A stretch of DNA of 64,000 bases from Antedon mediterranea (Eukaryota > Animalia > Echinodermata). Below the pieces are notes generated by a model. The model did not search any database and was not told the origin of the DNA. It was given only the letters and a program-made list of their open reading frames with translations. The stretch is from positions 18,299,045-18,363,044 of the forward strand of contig NC_092680.1 in NCBI RefSeq assembly GCF_964355755.1. Reading direction: 5' to 3'. Made by a program: the position numbers and the translations under genes. Below are positions 50,874-62,121 of this stretch, piece by piece (position 1 is the stretch's first letter; every line of letters begins with the position of its first letter).

Positions 50874-52586
50874 ATGGATAATCTGACCAACTTGACGATT
50901 GATGAAACAACGTATGAAGATGGTAACAGTCAACAAGGAACATCAATACTTGCAAGCACTTGTTTGGTCGGTGTAACGATTATTCTCGTCAATACTACTA
51001 CATTGTTAGCATTTATGACAGAGAAGAAACTACGCACATACGCCAACAGGTACATTATAAACTTGAATATGATAGACTTAGCAACGGGTTTGATCGTTCT
51101 GATTGGAGGAATTTGCTTCGCTCTTCCAGATGATCCACATTGTATCAAAGGAAGTCTGGTTGTCAAAGACATCCACAACATCCTTCTACTAACATCCAAC
51201 CTTAACATCATAACTATTGCTTTTGATAGACTGTATGCAATATATTTTCCATTCAAGTACAGAATTAACCGAAGTAAAATAAAGACAGCGGTCACGTGTG
51301 CTTCGCCTTGGCTGGTTTCTGTAGCAATATGGATCCCTCTGAAAACATATTTGGACATTTTACAAGAACCTGAAAACCAGAGTTTTTATACACTGCCAGA
51401 ATACTACAACTACGTCTGGTCTGCTGCCTTTGTGACCGGCATATATTTCTGGGGCCCTTGGCTTATCATTAGTTTAGTTTACGGAAACATACTTTATAAG
51501 TTAAAGAAACGAAATTCTAACAAATCATTAATAAGTTTAAACTCGCCAAATAAATCTAAAATGAGGTCTACATCATTAACAGGAATAACGGATAGTAATC
51601 TGCATCATAAAATAGGCACATTATCAGAAATCGATCCATATTGTAAATACATAAATACTGGTTTCGAGATGCCAGTTAACAGAAATGCCCTTGTTCAAAA
51701 TAACGCATGTCACATCAACTCACATAGACGCTCATCCTCCGACAGCCCGGGTGAATTACCAACAGACAACAAAAAGTCCAATGGAGAAATAACATTTTCC
51801 GAAAAACAAACTAAAATTTTCAACAAAAAAGGCGTAAATTTACCAATCGGTAACTCCTTTGACGAGCAAGCCACGACATTTAAAAACTCATTGACTATTG
51901 AGTCTTTCAACAAGAAAACTGTAACACTTTCCGATACACCAGACAAAACTCTTAAATCTGAAAATGACATACGTGTTTTAGCACCTTCTCACCATCAAAC
52001 TAATATATCTTATGCTGATACACAATCTCCCATATCTCACGGTGACAGACCAATTTCCACAATATGTGAGAATATACCTCCACATTTGGTAACAGACAAG
52101 ATTACTACATCCTCTAATTGTAATAAACCTACAACCACGCGTAAAAAATCTGCTACATCTGACAGACAAATTGAAAGAAAAAGTAGTAAAACAAGCACTT
52201 TATCAGATGATACACAAATGTGTAAGTCGAAAGGTGGACGAATAACTGGCAATGGTAAAGAAGAAAAGAAGAAAAAGAAATGGTTTCGCGGGAGTAACAA
52301 AACATATTTAACCCTTTCTCTTATCATACTAATTTTTGTTTTTACTTGGTCTGGCTACTCTATTTCAACTATCATTTTGGCTTGGCAGCAACATACGCCC
52401 TCAGTTGAATCAAAGAATGAACCTTTAAGTATTTTATTCACGGTAACGTATATATTTAAGTATGCAAACAGTATTATGAACCCATTGGCCATAATACTAT
52501 CACAGCCTACTATGCGTGTTACTCTTCGTCGTATGATCAAATGTTCATCTGATTATGTTAAAGATGTATTGTCCCTTGAAACTTAA
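50874..52586 (+). CDS. Rhodopsin-class GPCR with intronless CDS and long ICL3, aminergic (histamine/muscarinic)-like but divergent
   Basis: 570 aa ORF with 7 hydrophobic segments; TM1 Asn, KKLRTYANRYIINL..ID, FDRLY, TM4 Trp, TM5 P..Y, NS.MNP. TTTTAG acceptor just before the ATG implies non-coding 5' exons. Confidence 0.9.
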   Translation: MDNLTNLTIDETTYEDGNSQQGTSILASTCLVGVTIILVNTTTLLAFMTEKKLRTYANRYIINLNMIDLATGLIVLIGGICFALPDDPHCIKGSLVVKDIHNILLLTSNLNIITIAFDRLYAIYFPFKYRINRSKIKTAVTCASPWLVSVAIWIPLKTYLDILQEPENQSFYTLPEYYNYVWSAAFVTGIYFWGPWLIISLVYGNILYKLKKRNSNKSLISLNSPNKSKMRSTSLTGITDSNLHHKIGTLSEIDPYCKYINTGFEMPVNRNALVQNNACHINSHRRSSSDSPGELPTDNKKSNGEITFSEKQTKIFNKKGVNLPIGNSFDEQATTFKNSLTIESFNKKTVTLSDTPDKTLKSENDIRVLAPSHHQTNISYADTQSPISHGDRPISTICENIPPHLVTDKITTSSNCNKPTTTRKKSATSDRQIERKSSKTSTLSDDTQMCKSKGGRITGNGKEEKKKKKWFRGSNKTYLTLSLIILIFVFTWSGYSISTIILAWQQHTPSVESKNEPLSILFTVTYIFKYANSIMNPLAIILSQPTMRVTLRRMIKCSSDYVKDVLSLET

Positions 52587-53088
52587 CAAATGAAGAACAA
52601 AATATTCTAAATTTAAATTGGCCATATCAAAGTAATATTAAAGTTATTCACTTTAAGTCGAAAATTCGAGCCAAACACAACAAGTTTACGTAATTAACAG
52701 GTAAATTAATTCGATTACATTTCTGGAAAAAAAAGTAAACAAAGATTTCAAACCACGAGTATGCATTATGCATGATGCTAATTAGGATTGTTTACAACTC
52801 GTCACGGTTGAGAAAGTGTTTTCACAGATCGTGAGGAAGTTTTATGATTATGCATAGTAGCCAAACAAGCGCGTTGCATTATGAGATATGTTTTGATCGA
52901 AAACTTTGACTGGAAGTCAAAGTTATATTTTGAACAAAAAACGTCTGTATTTACAGTTAAATGATTTTTTTTTCGACTAATTTTTGGTGAAATTTAATAA
53001 CTATTATGATACTTCAAAATGACCAACTTTTTTTCGAAATATTTTATTTTTTATTTTTTTGGAAGTTAGTCAAATGGACAATACATCT
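52562..53088. mobile_element. Kolobok-like MITE overlapping the GPCR stop codon
   Basis: TTAA at 52558-52561 and 53089-53092; TIR AGATGTATTGTCC / GGACAATACATCT identical to 20468-20804. Confidence 0.85.
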
Positions 53089-55242
53089 TTAACAAAATAC
53101 GTATATCATAATGTGCCCCTTGCGCGGTTTTTTTCGTACATAAGTGATACGTGAAGGATAGCCGATCTAGGATGTGTACGTGATGAAGGATCTTATGTGT
53201 TTCACATATACCAACTGTATCATAGACCCTAACCAATCTCCTAATCGTATTGTTTGTTGTGAGTATAATGTAGTCGGTAGTATTTAAATATTTGTAATTT
53301 TATGTCCCACGAAATGCGATCACGAATCTATAGATGATTACAATTAACGTGGTTTCAACGTTTTGTATAATAAAATTAAGTATATGGTCAAATGAAATAA
53401 TATTTTGTTGTTGAATAGGCACTATTAATATCATATACAATAGTTACATTGGATAAACAATATAATCAACTAGATGCAAATTATTGAAGTCAACTGGTTT
53501 TAGTTGTTTTTATTTTGTCTTTTTTTATAAGCGAATTTTTTTGGCAAAACTTTATTAAAATCACAAAATGTCGTATTCAAAGTATTTATTGTATTCATTT
53601 TTATTTTTTCAAGTTTTGAGGGACATCTTATCAAAAGAAAGATTACGCATAAGTTTGATTACACTTTAATCATAACATTTTAATCCTAGGGCCGTGCAAG
53701 TGTAAGATGTATCTGTATTACCTGTTGTTTATCAACCGATGAACAAGTGTGTGCTAATAAATATTTCTGTAACCCTACATGTTTTCTATTCGCTTTGTAT
53801 GCCTATTTATTCCATATTATTACTATTATTATTATTATGCGTGTTTGATTGCAGTAAAGCTCTGTCTACACTACTCATTCATTTATTCATTCATTCATAC
53901 ACATTTATTTCACAATAATAACTACAGGGCGAGCCTGTCCTAGAAACACACTGTCTCACGAGGGCTCCTACAATACAAATATGCAAAATACATAAAAAGA
54001 AATACTGTATAAAACAATAAAATAAGTCAAAAAAGAAAGATAAAATATTGAGCAAATACACTAGCCTATTTGAAACAGGCCTTAAGCCTTGTCTACACTA
54101 TCAAACTTTTAATGACAACAAATGTGATGCATGTTCCCATATAGGGATGATATATAATATGATGTCATATCACTACTTTCTGTGTCTTTAATTACTTTAA
54201 ACAAAAATCTGTAAAACGTTACCTATAAGCCATTTCAACAACTTTTAACAATTTAACGTCACCCCGCAGAAAACAACAATCGCACCTTTATTTTCCACAG
54301 CGAAATGCGATTTTCATTTCCTTTAGGCCTAACAGGAGTTGCGGAGTTTATAATTTGTTTTGAATCGTGAGATACTTCATTATTCAGCTCCCCAGTTCGA
54401 TCCGGTTGAGGTACAAAAATACAAGATAAAATTGGAAAATGCATTTGATGCTATACAACATATCAAACAAAACATCTAAAGCATTTAACATTTAATACGT
54501 CTTTTAAAATAATTATCCGAACTAATTTACTAAAAACTTATCAGAGATTGGTGCTTGATATATCTTCAATTATAAGCAATTTATTCAATTAGATTCAACT
54601 AATTTGCTTATTGCTTGAGCCTACAGTAGATGCATTGTACATTTTGATGAATCGGCAAATTGTGTATTTAGGGTCGGCATAATCAGATCATTTATGTTCA
54701 ACAAAACACTCAACAGCAAATACGTAACTCGCAAATTAGATTGGTTACCACCATGAGAGACGCAACACAATGACGCAAAAGTGACCGACCAATCAAAAGC
54801 CATGGATTGTCGGCGCTTGTCATTATTGGTCGTCAACTCGCTCACGTTGCGTCGTCAGCGTTACATCTAGGGATGTGAACTCACTCACATCCAAAATGTA
54901 AAGAGTACGGTACAACATTCTGTGGCGTTGCTTATAATCGTTGCCTCAATTGAGAGCTTTCGATTTGTGACGACTCTTGATTAATCGAATTTCTCACGAC
55001 AGTATACCTAATCAAAGCTGGACCAAAAATCGACCAAATTGGGTCTGACGTCGCAAAATCGAAACTTCCCCATTTATTTGGACACGAGGGCCTTTCGAGG
55101 AAGGTTTTTCAGGCCCGCATTCATAAAAGGTAGATTTGTGCATTCTCGGAACTGTATCTATATTTCACCATTATCGGTACATCACAGGTGATTCTCCAAT
55201 ATATCATAACATCATACAGTATACCACAACTAACCTTACATG

Positions 55243-55550
55243 ATACAGGCACCACATGATTGTGATACACAATATTACCGAATTTCTATGATAGGCTATT
55301 GGTCATATATTGTTGTATGTGATTATATACAGCACTCATGCGAACCGTGTATAAATGTCATATTTTAAAATAAAACATGCCTTCTTGCGACCCCAATTAC
55401 ATTGTGTCAGCTGGCTAGTATGTTTATTATTTAGGGGTATGGCCTAACAGACTTATAGGCTATAGGCCAGACCAATTCACTTGGGATTAATCACCAAATT
55501 ACACTGGTTAACAATGAATGCATGCTATGTTATTTATGGGCTCGATCGAT
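55243..55550 (+). repeat. ~300 bp dispersed direct repeat, copy 1 (copy 2 at 58537-58826)
   Basis: Shared TACAGGCACCACATG...GAACCGTGTATAAATGTCATATTTTAAAATAAA...CATTGTGTCAGCTGGCTAGTA...GCTCGATC. Confidence 0.8.
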
Positions 55551-55669
55551 TTTGTATTTTTCATTTATTTTTCCTCGTCAACAAACAACTTTTATTCTTC
55601 TATGCCAGCGTTGGAGATATTAGAGGACGAGAAAAAACATTATATTGAGAACCTTTTAATGAACAACAA

Positions 55670-55937
55670 TAATTACTACATTATATGGCGCCCTTTTCAT
55701 GACGCGTAATCATGCTCAAAAGCGCTTTACATAGCACATTATTACCCCAGTCATTTTTTGGATCAAACACGTATGCAAACATACTGCCATAATGCAGCTA
55801 GTACTCATTTTACACCCGAGTGGAGAGAGGAAAATGTAAATAAAGTGTCTTGCCTAGATACAAGCAATGCGGTGAGAGTTGGATTCGAACCACGATCTCA
55901 CAATCAGTAATCCAACACACTGCGCCCCACGCCTCCC
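55670..55937 (-). mobile_element. tRNA-derived SINE with L2-like tail (same family as 11372-11689)
   Basis: Colinear sequence with GGTTCGAATCC B box. Confidence 0.8.
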
Positions 55938-56192
55938 TCTTTTATTTGTTTACTCTGGTGTATAATTGTAAATGTACTTTCTGCACTACTTCTGGGTGGT
56001 GGTGGAGAGTAACAAAATTGTTGTAATTTTGTCTGAGCGTTATAATTCTAATGGTTTGGGAAGACTGGAGATTTATAGAAATTGTACTTAAAGTAGGAAA
56101 AATGTGTGTATGGGGTAATTGGAGGCATTTTTTCTACATTCATAAAGAAAAAAATTGTTTTGGCAAACGTTACTATTACATTTATTAATTGT

Positions 56193-56339
56193 CAGTGGCG
56201 TAACGACTATGAGCGCTCACTGGCTAAACCCAGGGGCCCCCGGGCATTAAAATATGACAAAAAAGGCTAAAAATGCCCAGCTTCCAGCATTGGAGGGCCA
56301 CTTAGGGTTCCTAATCTAGCGGCCTTAGTTACGCCACTG
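56193..56339. mobile_element. hAT-like MITE
   Basis: TIR CAGTGGCGTAAC / GTTACGCCACTG; imperfect 8 bp flanks TTAATTGT / ATTATTGT. Confidence 0.7.
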
Positions 56340-56537
56340 ATTATTGTTTGTTCAGCGATAGTTCAAATCTGTCTCGAGAGTCATACAGTAGTTGCGGCTG
56401 TGCGACACAGTTTATTTTACTTATATAATGTATACACATTAGGCACAGAACATGAATTTTAAACCGACCTGTGATATACTGAAATTAATTAATTTGAAAA
56501 GATAAAGATGAGGAAATCTGTGAGAATAAGAAAAAGT

Positions 56538-56610
56538 AGCCCCAACCGAGACTCAAATCTGGACCATCTTCATGATATGCAGATGTCCTAATCATTAGAC
56601 CACTGGGGCT
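56538..56610 (-). pseudogene. tRNA-like degenerate sequence
   Basis: GCCCCAG...TGGTCTAATGA...GATTTGAGTCT...TTGGGGC; acceptor stem pairs but the A and B boxes are mutated. Confidence 0.45.
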
Positions 56611-56886
56611 TTCATTGTATAGTTCAAATTGAATTGAAACTCTTGTTTAACATTCTCGGCGTGGTACGACGGAACAGCACTAGCCCATCAATTGTACGCA
56701 CATGCACTAGGGATCAAATTGATACGCCCTCATCTTATACTGTATATATCTTATATAACATAAATCCAAATGCAAATTACTGAAAAATTTACAATGCTGT
56801 GGGTATCAGTGGCTGGATCTCAATGGAGATACAAAAAAAGCGAAAAGCTAAATCAAAACGATAAAGTAAAACGGCCAGAAAGGTTA

Positions 56887-56923
56887 GCAGAGCTTTCGGG
56901 CAACACTAGCCCTTCATCAGTGC
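56887..56923 (-). ncRNA. Minimal type I hammerhead ribozyme (Penelope-type), intact
   Basis: Minus strand GCA-CTGATGA-A-GGGC-tagtgtt-GCCC-GAAA-GCTC-TGC: 3 bp stem I, perfect 4 bp stem II, complete core and palindromic AGCT in place of stem III. Confidence 0.8.
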
Positions 56924-57212
56924 AATCTTCCTATATAATATATATAGATATCATAAATTTTAAAAGAAAACAGTTTTTGATTTTTGCTTATCATATATTA
57001 TAATATCTCTGTGCTTACATAGAGGTTAAACAAGAAATAAAATAGCATGAAGGGTTTTTATTACATAGCACATGTACTGGTGTAGTAATATTGCATGTAT
57101 TGATATACAATGGTAAAAAAAATCTGGTACTATAATAATTATTTTCAAATAATAATCATTATTTATTCACTCAAGGTATACAGTATACAGCATACTGGTT
57201 TACATCTATTTG

Positions 57213-57344
57213 TCATGATCCACTTTGCGGAAGTATACGAGGCGATGAACCACGGGAATCACCACCACGTTGTCCAATGTACGTCACATCGCTATCATAC
57301 TGAACATGTACTGCATCACCGCTGACGTTTACCAAACATTGGCA
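57213..57344 (-). CDS. C2CD5: C2CD5 homologue, terminal exon
   Basis: CQCLVNVSGDAVHV...GS*, matching the remembered C2CD5 C-terminal QCLINVSGDAV; not in the ORF track. Confidence 0.88.
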   Translation of the reverse strand, partial: CQCLVNVSGDAVHVQYDSDVTYIGQRGGDSRGSSPRILPQSGS

Positions 57345-57430
57345 CTGTATTGAACAACATTTTAAAAAAATCATTACAAATATTTTTTTTTTCCTGATAA
57401 TATATGAATATGTTATATTATTAACTATAC

Positions 57431-57577
57431 CTGATTTTTATGTGGGTTTTCCATTAATATGCAATCAATCATGGTGTAAACAACAAGAGCATTCCCTCCT
57501 AATGCGGCTACATGTGATCGTACCATTGCATTTACTTCTGTGATAAAATGGTGCATGAATCCATTTACACCACCACC
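57431..57577 (-). CDS. C2CD5: C2CD5 homologue, exon
   Basis: GGGVNGFMHHFITEVNAMVRSHVAALGGNALVVYTMIDCILMENPHKNQ; AG/GT flanks, phase 0. Confidence 0.92.
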
Positions 57578-57644
57578 CTACAAAAAGATAATGATTAACG
57601 CAAATAAAGTTTTCTTGAACATTTTTTCAAACTACTGTAGGCCC

Positions 57645-57910
57645 TTATTAAAACTGGGTACTTATTCAACTTGGCACTTATTAAAACTAGGCACTTATTC
57701 AAACCAGGTACTTATTTCAACTTGCGATTTATTCAACCTGGGCATTTATTGAAACCGGGCACTTATCAATCTAGATACTTATTCAATGTGGGTACTTATC
57801 CAACTAAGCATCTATATAAACCTGGCACTTACTGTATTCAACTTTAGCACTTATACAAACTGGACATTAATTCAACTTATCACTTATTCAAACCAGATAT
57901 TTATACAAAT
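57645..57910. repeat. Degenerate ~21 bp intronic tandem repeat (GGCACTTATTCAAACT-like)
   Basis: About 12 imperfect units. Confidence 0.7.
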
Positions 57911-57954
57911 TTCGCATACAACCGGAGATATCTTTATTCATTAATTCAAACTAC

Positions 57955-58077
57955 CTGTATCAATGACGTTGATTCACGGATAAAGAATATGTTGATGTAA
58001 CCAAGATATTCATCAATATGTGCTCCTGGAATGTTAGGTAATGGTGTTAGCTGAACCTCTCGGCAAGCTGATAAGTC
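57955..58077 (-). CDS. C2CD5: C2CD5 homologue, exon
   Basis: DLSACREVQLTPLPNIPGAHIDEYLGYINIFFIRESTSLIQ (compare YLGIINMFFIRETTSL). Confidence 0.9.
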
Positions 58078-58944
58078 CTTGACAAAAAATAAATAGCGTA
58101 TTAAATAGAAATTGGAAAAAACAATAACTTTGTTAGTACAGCAGTAGTAGTATTATTAATGCTAGCAAGTTGTAAAACAAATAAACAACTTAATTTGTTT
58201 TCATTTTGTTTAATATATTTATGTTAAAAGCTCAGACATAAAGGATTGATTTTTATAGCTATTTAAAAACAATATATGTCACATTAAGTAAAACAGCTGG
58301 AAACAGCTTCATTCATTTTATTTCATTCAACAACAAATAAACATGGATACAATATATCAATGCTCAATAAATAGTTTAGATACAAAGTAAACAGCCATAG
58401 ACAAATTTTGTATGCATGAATTTAGAATAAAATTAACACTCGATTCTCGGTAGGCCTACTGTATCTAGATTTCTCCATTTTAATAGGATTATTCGGTATA
58501 CATTGTATCTCATTTATATCCTAATATCATATATAATACAGGCACCACATGTGATGCACATATTACAGAATATTTCTATGATACTGGGCAAATATTTTAG
58601 CATGTGGAGATGTATACAGCACTCATGAGAACCGTGTATAAATGTCATATTTTAAAATAAAGCATGCCTACACTTGCGACCCCAATTGCATTGTGTCAGC
58701 TGGCTAGTAGGTTGATTATTCAGGGGGTATGGCCTATAGTCCTAGGTTCAGTAGTTATATATACTTGGGATTGATCACCAAATTACCATAACTAAGCATG
58801 ACTGCATGCTATTTATAAGCTCGATCACCTTATAATAATGGCTGTAGTGTTAAAACATATAAGTGTGCCGTAATAGGGGTGTTCCCTAAATACGGGTGTT
58901 CCCTAAATACGGGTGTCACAAAGGAGGGGTTTTAATGTAATTAC

Positions 58945-58988
58945 CTTTATATGTAGTTTTTTGTCTAACTTTGAAGATGCTTTCAATC
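58945..58988 (-). CDS. C2CD5: C2CD5 homologue, small linker exon
   Basis: TTTTCAG|GLKASSKLDKKLHIK|GTAATT provides the required phase 1 to 0 link. Confidence 0.65.
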
Positions 58989-59146
58989 CTGAAAATAAAT
59001 TTAAAATTTATTCAATTAAATATTTCAATTACCAATTAAGGCAAAGAACAAAACTTAATAGGGTCTTTGAAAGCGAGTACAAAATACATTCATTTCTGAA
59101 CAAATTGTTATTGTTCGATGTTATACAAAATAAAAGTATTAATAAC

Positions 59147-59230
59147 CTTTGACTGGCGTTTGCGTCAGCTGTGGTATTGATACCTCTTCCATTGCAAACA
59201 TGAGGTCTGCGTCATCAGAGTTCCTAGAGC
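59147..59230 (-). CDS. C2CD5: C2CD5 homologue, exon
   Basis: GSRNSDDADLMFAMEEVSIPQLTQTPVK; open frame, phase 1 to 1. Confidence 0.7.
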
Positions 59231-60245
59231 CTTTAAGATTTAAAAAAAAAGAATTGCCATTATATAATTAAACATTGACAAATTTATGAAAGCTTGCACT
59301 GCGGCATTTTATTTATTCTGTCAATTTTTCCAGACATTCTTAAGCTTTGTCTAAACTATCAAACTTTATGACAAAAAAATGTGATGTGCCCAAATGGACA
59401 TCATGATGTCATATCACTACCATATTTGGGTATATCACTACGGTATTTGTCCACATCATACTTTTTTTGTCAAACTAGTTAGTGTAGACAAATCTTAGTC
59501 TCCTGATAATCACAGGAGGGTTCTCAATATTTCGAGTCATTCTCCTATTATTTTCGAAATATATGATGATGTATAATATGGGAAAAAGATTTTGCTTTTC
59601 CTGCTTTTGCCGTCTGGAACACACCTGGCATATCTATTGTTTACTATAGATGCCAATTTCCTAATACTGTTGATACACTTTTATTTAAAAAAATTGTATA
59701 GCACCCTCTCTTGTTTTACTATTCATAAAGTTGGTAATGGAATAGAATTATAGTCCTGCTACTGACTCCAACTCCTGACCAATGTAAACATTACATTTAG
59801 CTTATTCTGTACCAAGGACTAATAATAAACAAATATTTAGTTTAATATAACACCTAAATAAATTCCCTATCATTTGATTGGACGATTGTGGGTCACATGG
59901 CGTTCAATAGTACGCACTATTAAACATCATGTACTATTAATTAACAATACAGTAGGTGCGTTTATTAAATAAATAATAATATTTAATATAACTATTAAAA
60001 ACCAAATGTTACTGTTTTAATCAATGTAAATCAAATGTACGCCTTGGCTAGACAGGAATCTATTTAGATGTTATATAAAACAAACAATGAATGTTTTATA
60101 TTCGTGTAATGGTACAAATAATGGCATGATGTGAATGATGAAAGGTTATATTTCAACGAGGCGCAAGCCGAGTTGAAATATAACTCAAAAACATTCATTA
60201 TTTGTATAATTTAATGTACATGACCAGATGTAAAACAATTGATAC

Positions 60246-60306
60246 CTTTCTTTTTCGGTGTACCTTTTGAATCTGATACAGCTAGCAATGCACCTGTTAC
60301 CCATAT
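60246..60306 (-). CDS. C2CD5: C2CD5 homologue, exon
   Basis: IWVTGALLAVSDSKGTPKKK; phase 0 to 1. Confidence 0.75.
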
Positions 60307-60953
60307 CTAAAAAGCATCAAATCAAATGTGATTTAAAATTAAAAGACGCTTACTACAATATAATAATAACTAAAAAAACACCTTTATCCTTGCCATTTGA
60401 TTGGTTGATTTCGTAGCACATGCCAGGTTTTATTTCCCCTCACTTTTAATGGTTGGTGGTACTATTGTAGGCTCAGGTTATTGTAAACATAATGACCATT
60501 TTGTGCAACATGGTAGCCTAGTGAATGATGCGTGATGCATAACAGGTGTATGTCACCTATAATAACTCTTAATAATTATACATGTACAATTCTCTTAGGG
60601 CCTGTTCACACCTACGGTTTTATGCTTTCGTATTGTACGCGGTGTACAACTCCATTGGTCTGAACCAGGAAAAGATTTGTGGAAGCCACCTCTTATGACA
60701 CTGATCTTTCGTTCGTTATGACAGCTCAAGGTACAAGATTAGTGAACGACGCTTACGATACGAAAATCATGCATCAACAAATTTGGCCTCTAGCCAAACA
60801 AATTTAGGCCTACACTTGCATACCAGATGTTTACCCAAATATGAATAATATTATAATTTTATTATAATTATAAAAGACATTGCTTGCGATACGAAAGCAT
60901 AATTCCATGGATCTGAACATACAGTATCTTTATTTGCAATAACTAATCCATAC

Positions 60954-61043
60954 CTGAACAATTTCATCCTCAGGAAGAGCAACATCAAATTGTAGCGAAC
61001 ATAAGCAACAGGGACTTAGCGCCCTCAGTTTAAAGCACAGGGT
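60954..61043 (-). CDS. C2CD5: C2CD5 homologue, exon
   Basis: TLCFKLRALSPCCLCSLQFDVALPEDEIVQ (compare LYFKLRSMIPCCLC...LPEDELIQ). Confidence 0.9.
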
Positions 61044-61695
61044 CTACAAGAATATTAAATAACGTTTTACCAGGAACTTGTCCTTTGATACCTTCTTTTT
61101 TTAAATTATTGCTAAGGATAACCATAAATGATTAAATTCACTATCCTTCTTGAAGGTAGCAATCATGTTCAGAGGACAAAAATAACACAAGATGCTCCAA
61201 AAAACAAAGTCTTTATTACAAACAATTAAGAATAGAGTTGTTTTTTTTGGTCGTGAGAAAAAAAACCTGGCCAGTAGGCAAACATGAGGAAGTTTGGTTC
61301 TCACTTGGACGCAACGCAAGGATGTAAGTGTGTTACAAGTAATTTGACCAATCACAGTATGGTGGATCAACCAAACAGTTGCTTGTGATTGGTCAACTCT
61401 TGGTTACGTTGGTAAAGGGCAATGAATCGTTTTCATAGTTTAGTGTGTAGAGGTCTTGCATAAGAATAATTTAATTTAATTAATTGTAGTAATGAGTGTA
61501 ACAAAATTACAATAAAAAAAAACTGGACATTAACTACATTCATATCATTGTGTTATTAGGGAACTTTCGATTTGCAATGACAGACGCATTGATGTGTTGT
61601 CGGCCATTGCCTGGACTACAGATTATTTAAACATTTAAAGATAATTTACATAATCTAAGGTCATAGGTCGTTGCAAATCGAAAACTGTCAATTAC

Positions 61696-61776
61696 CTGAA
61701 GAAGTGTTTCAAATATTCGTGACATATTTTGATTCGTTGGATGCTTCATACTCTGCCGCCAAACAAGATTCAAAGT
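61696..61776 (-). CDS. C2CD5: C2CD5 homologue, exon
   Basis: TLNLVWRQSMKHPTNQNMSRIFETLLQ; ATAG acceptor and GTAAT donor, phase 0. Confidence 0.78.
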
Positions 61777-62121
61777 CTATAAAACAAAATATTCTCAATT
61801 TAAATCTAATTGTTCCTGAAAATCAACTAGGAACCATCACAACCATAAATGAAATTTGCATTTGTATACACACTTCTTATCATCTCAGACCACTGAGTTG
61901 CGTGGCTGAGCGGTTAAGACAGGGGCACCGCAAACAAGTCATAGCAGCACAGGTTCAATGCTTTTCTCGACAATTCTTCTAGGAAAAAGATTTCAATGGT
62001 CCAGTGTACACATCCGGATTTCTGTGCACTTTAAGAACCCAGTGCATCTTAACGAAAAAGTAGGGGTTGTCTCGGTGTAATTTGTCAGCCTTGCCCATTG
62101 ACTGACAATTGAGTTCTGTTT

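Noticed and set aside
50930-52540. Antisense ORFs over the GPCR (and 43454-43801 over CBR4)
   Set aside because: They are shadow frames of real coding sequence with no recognisable motifs.
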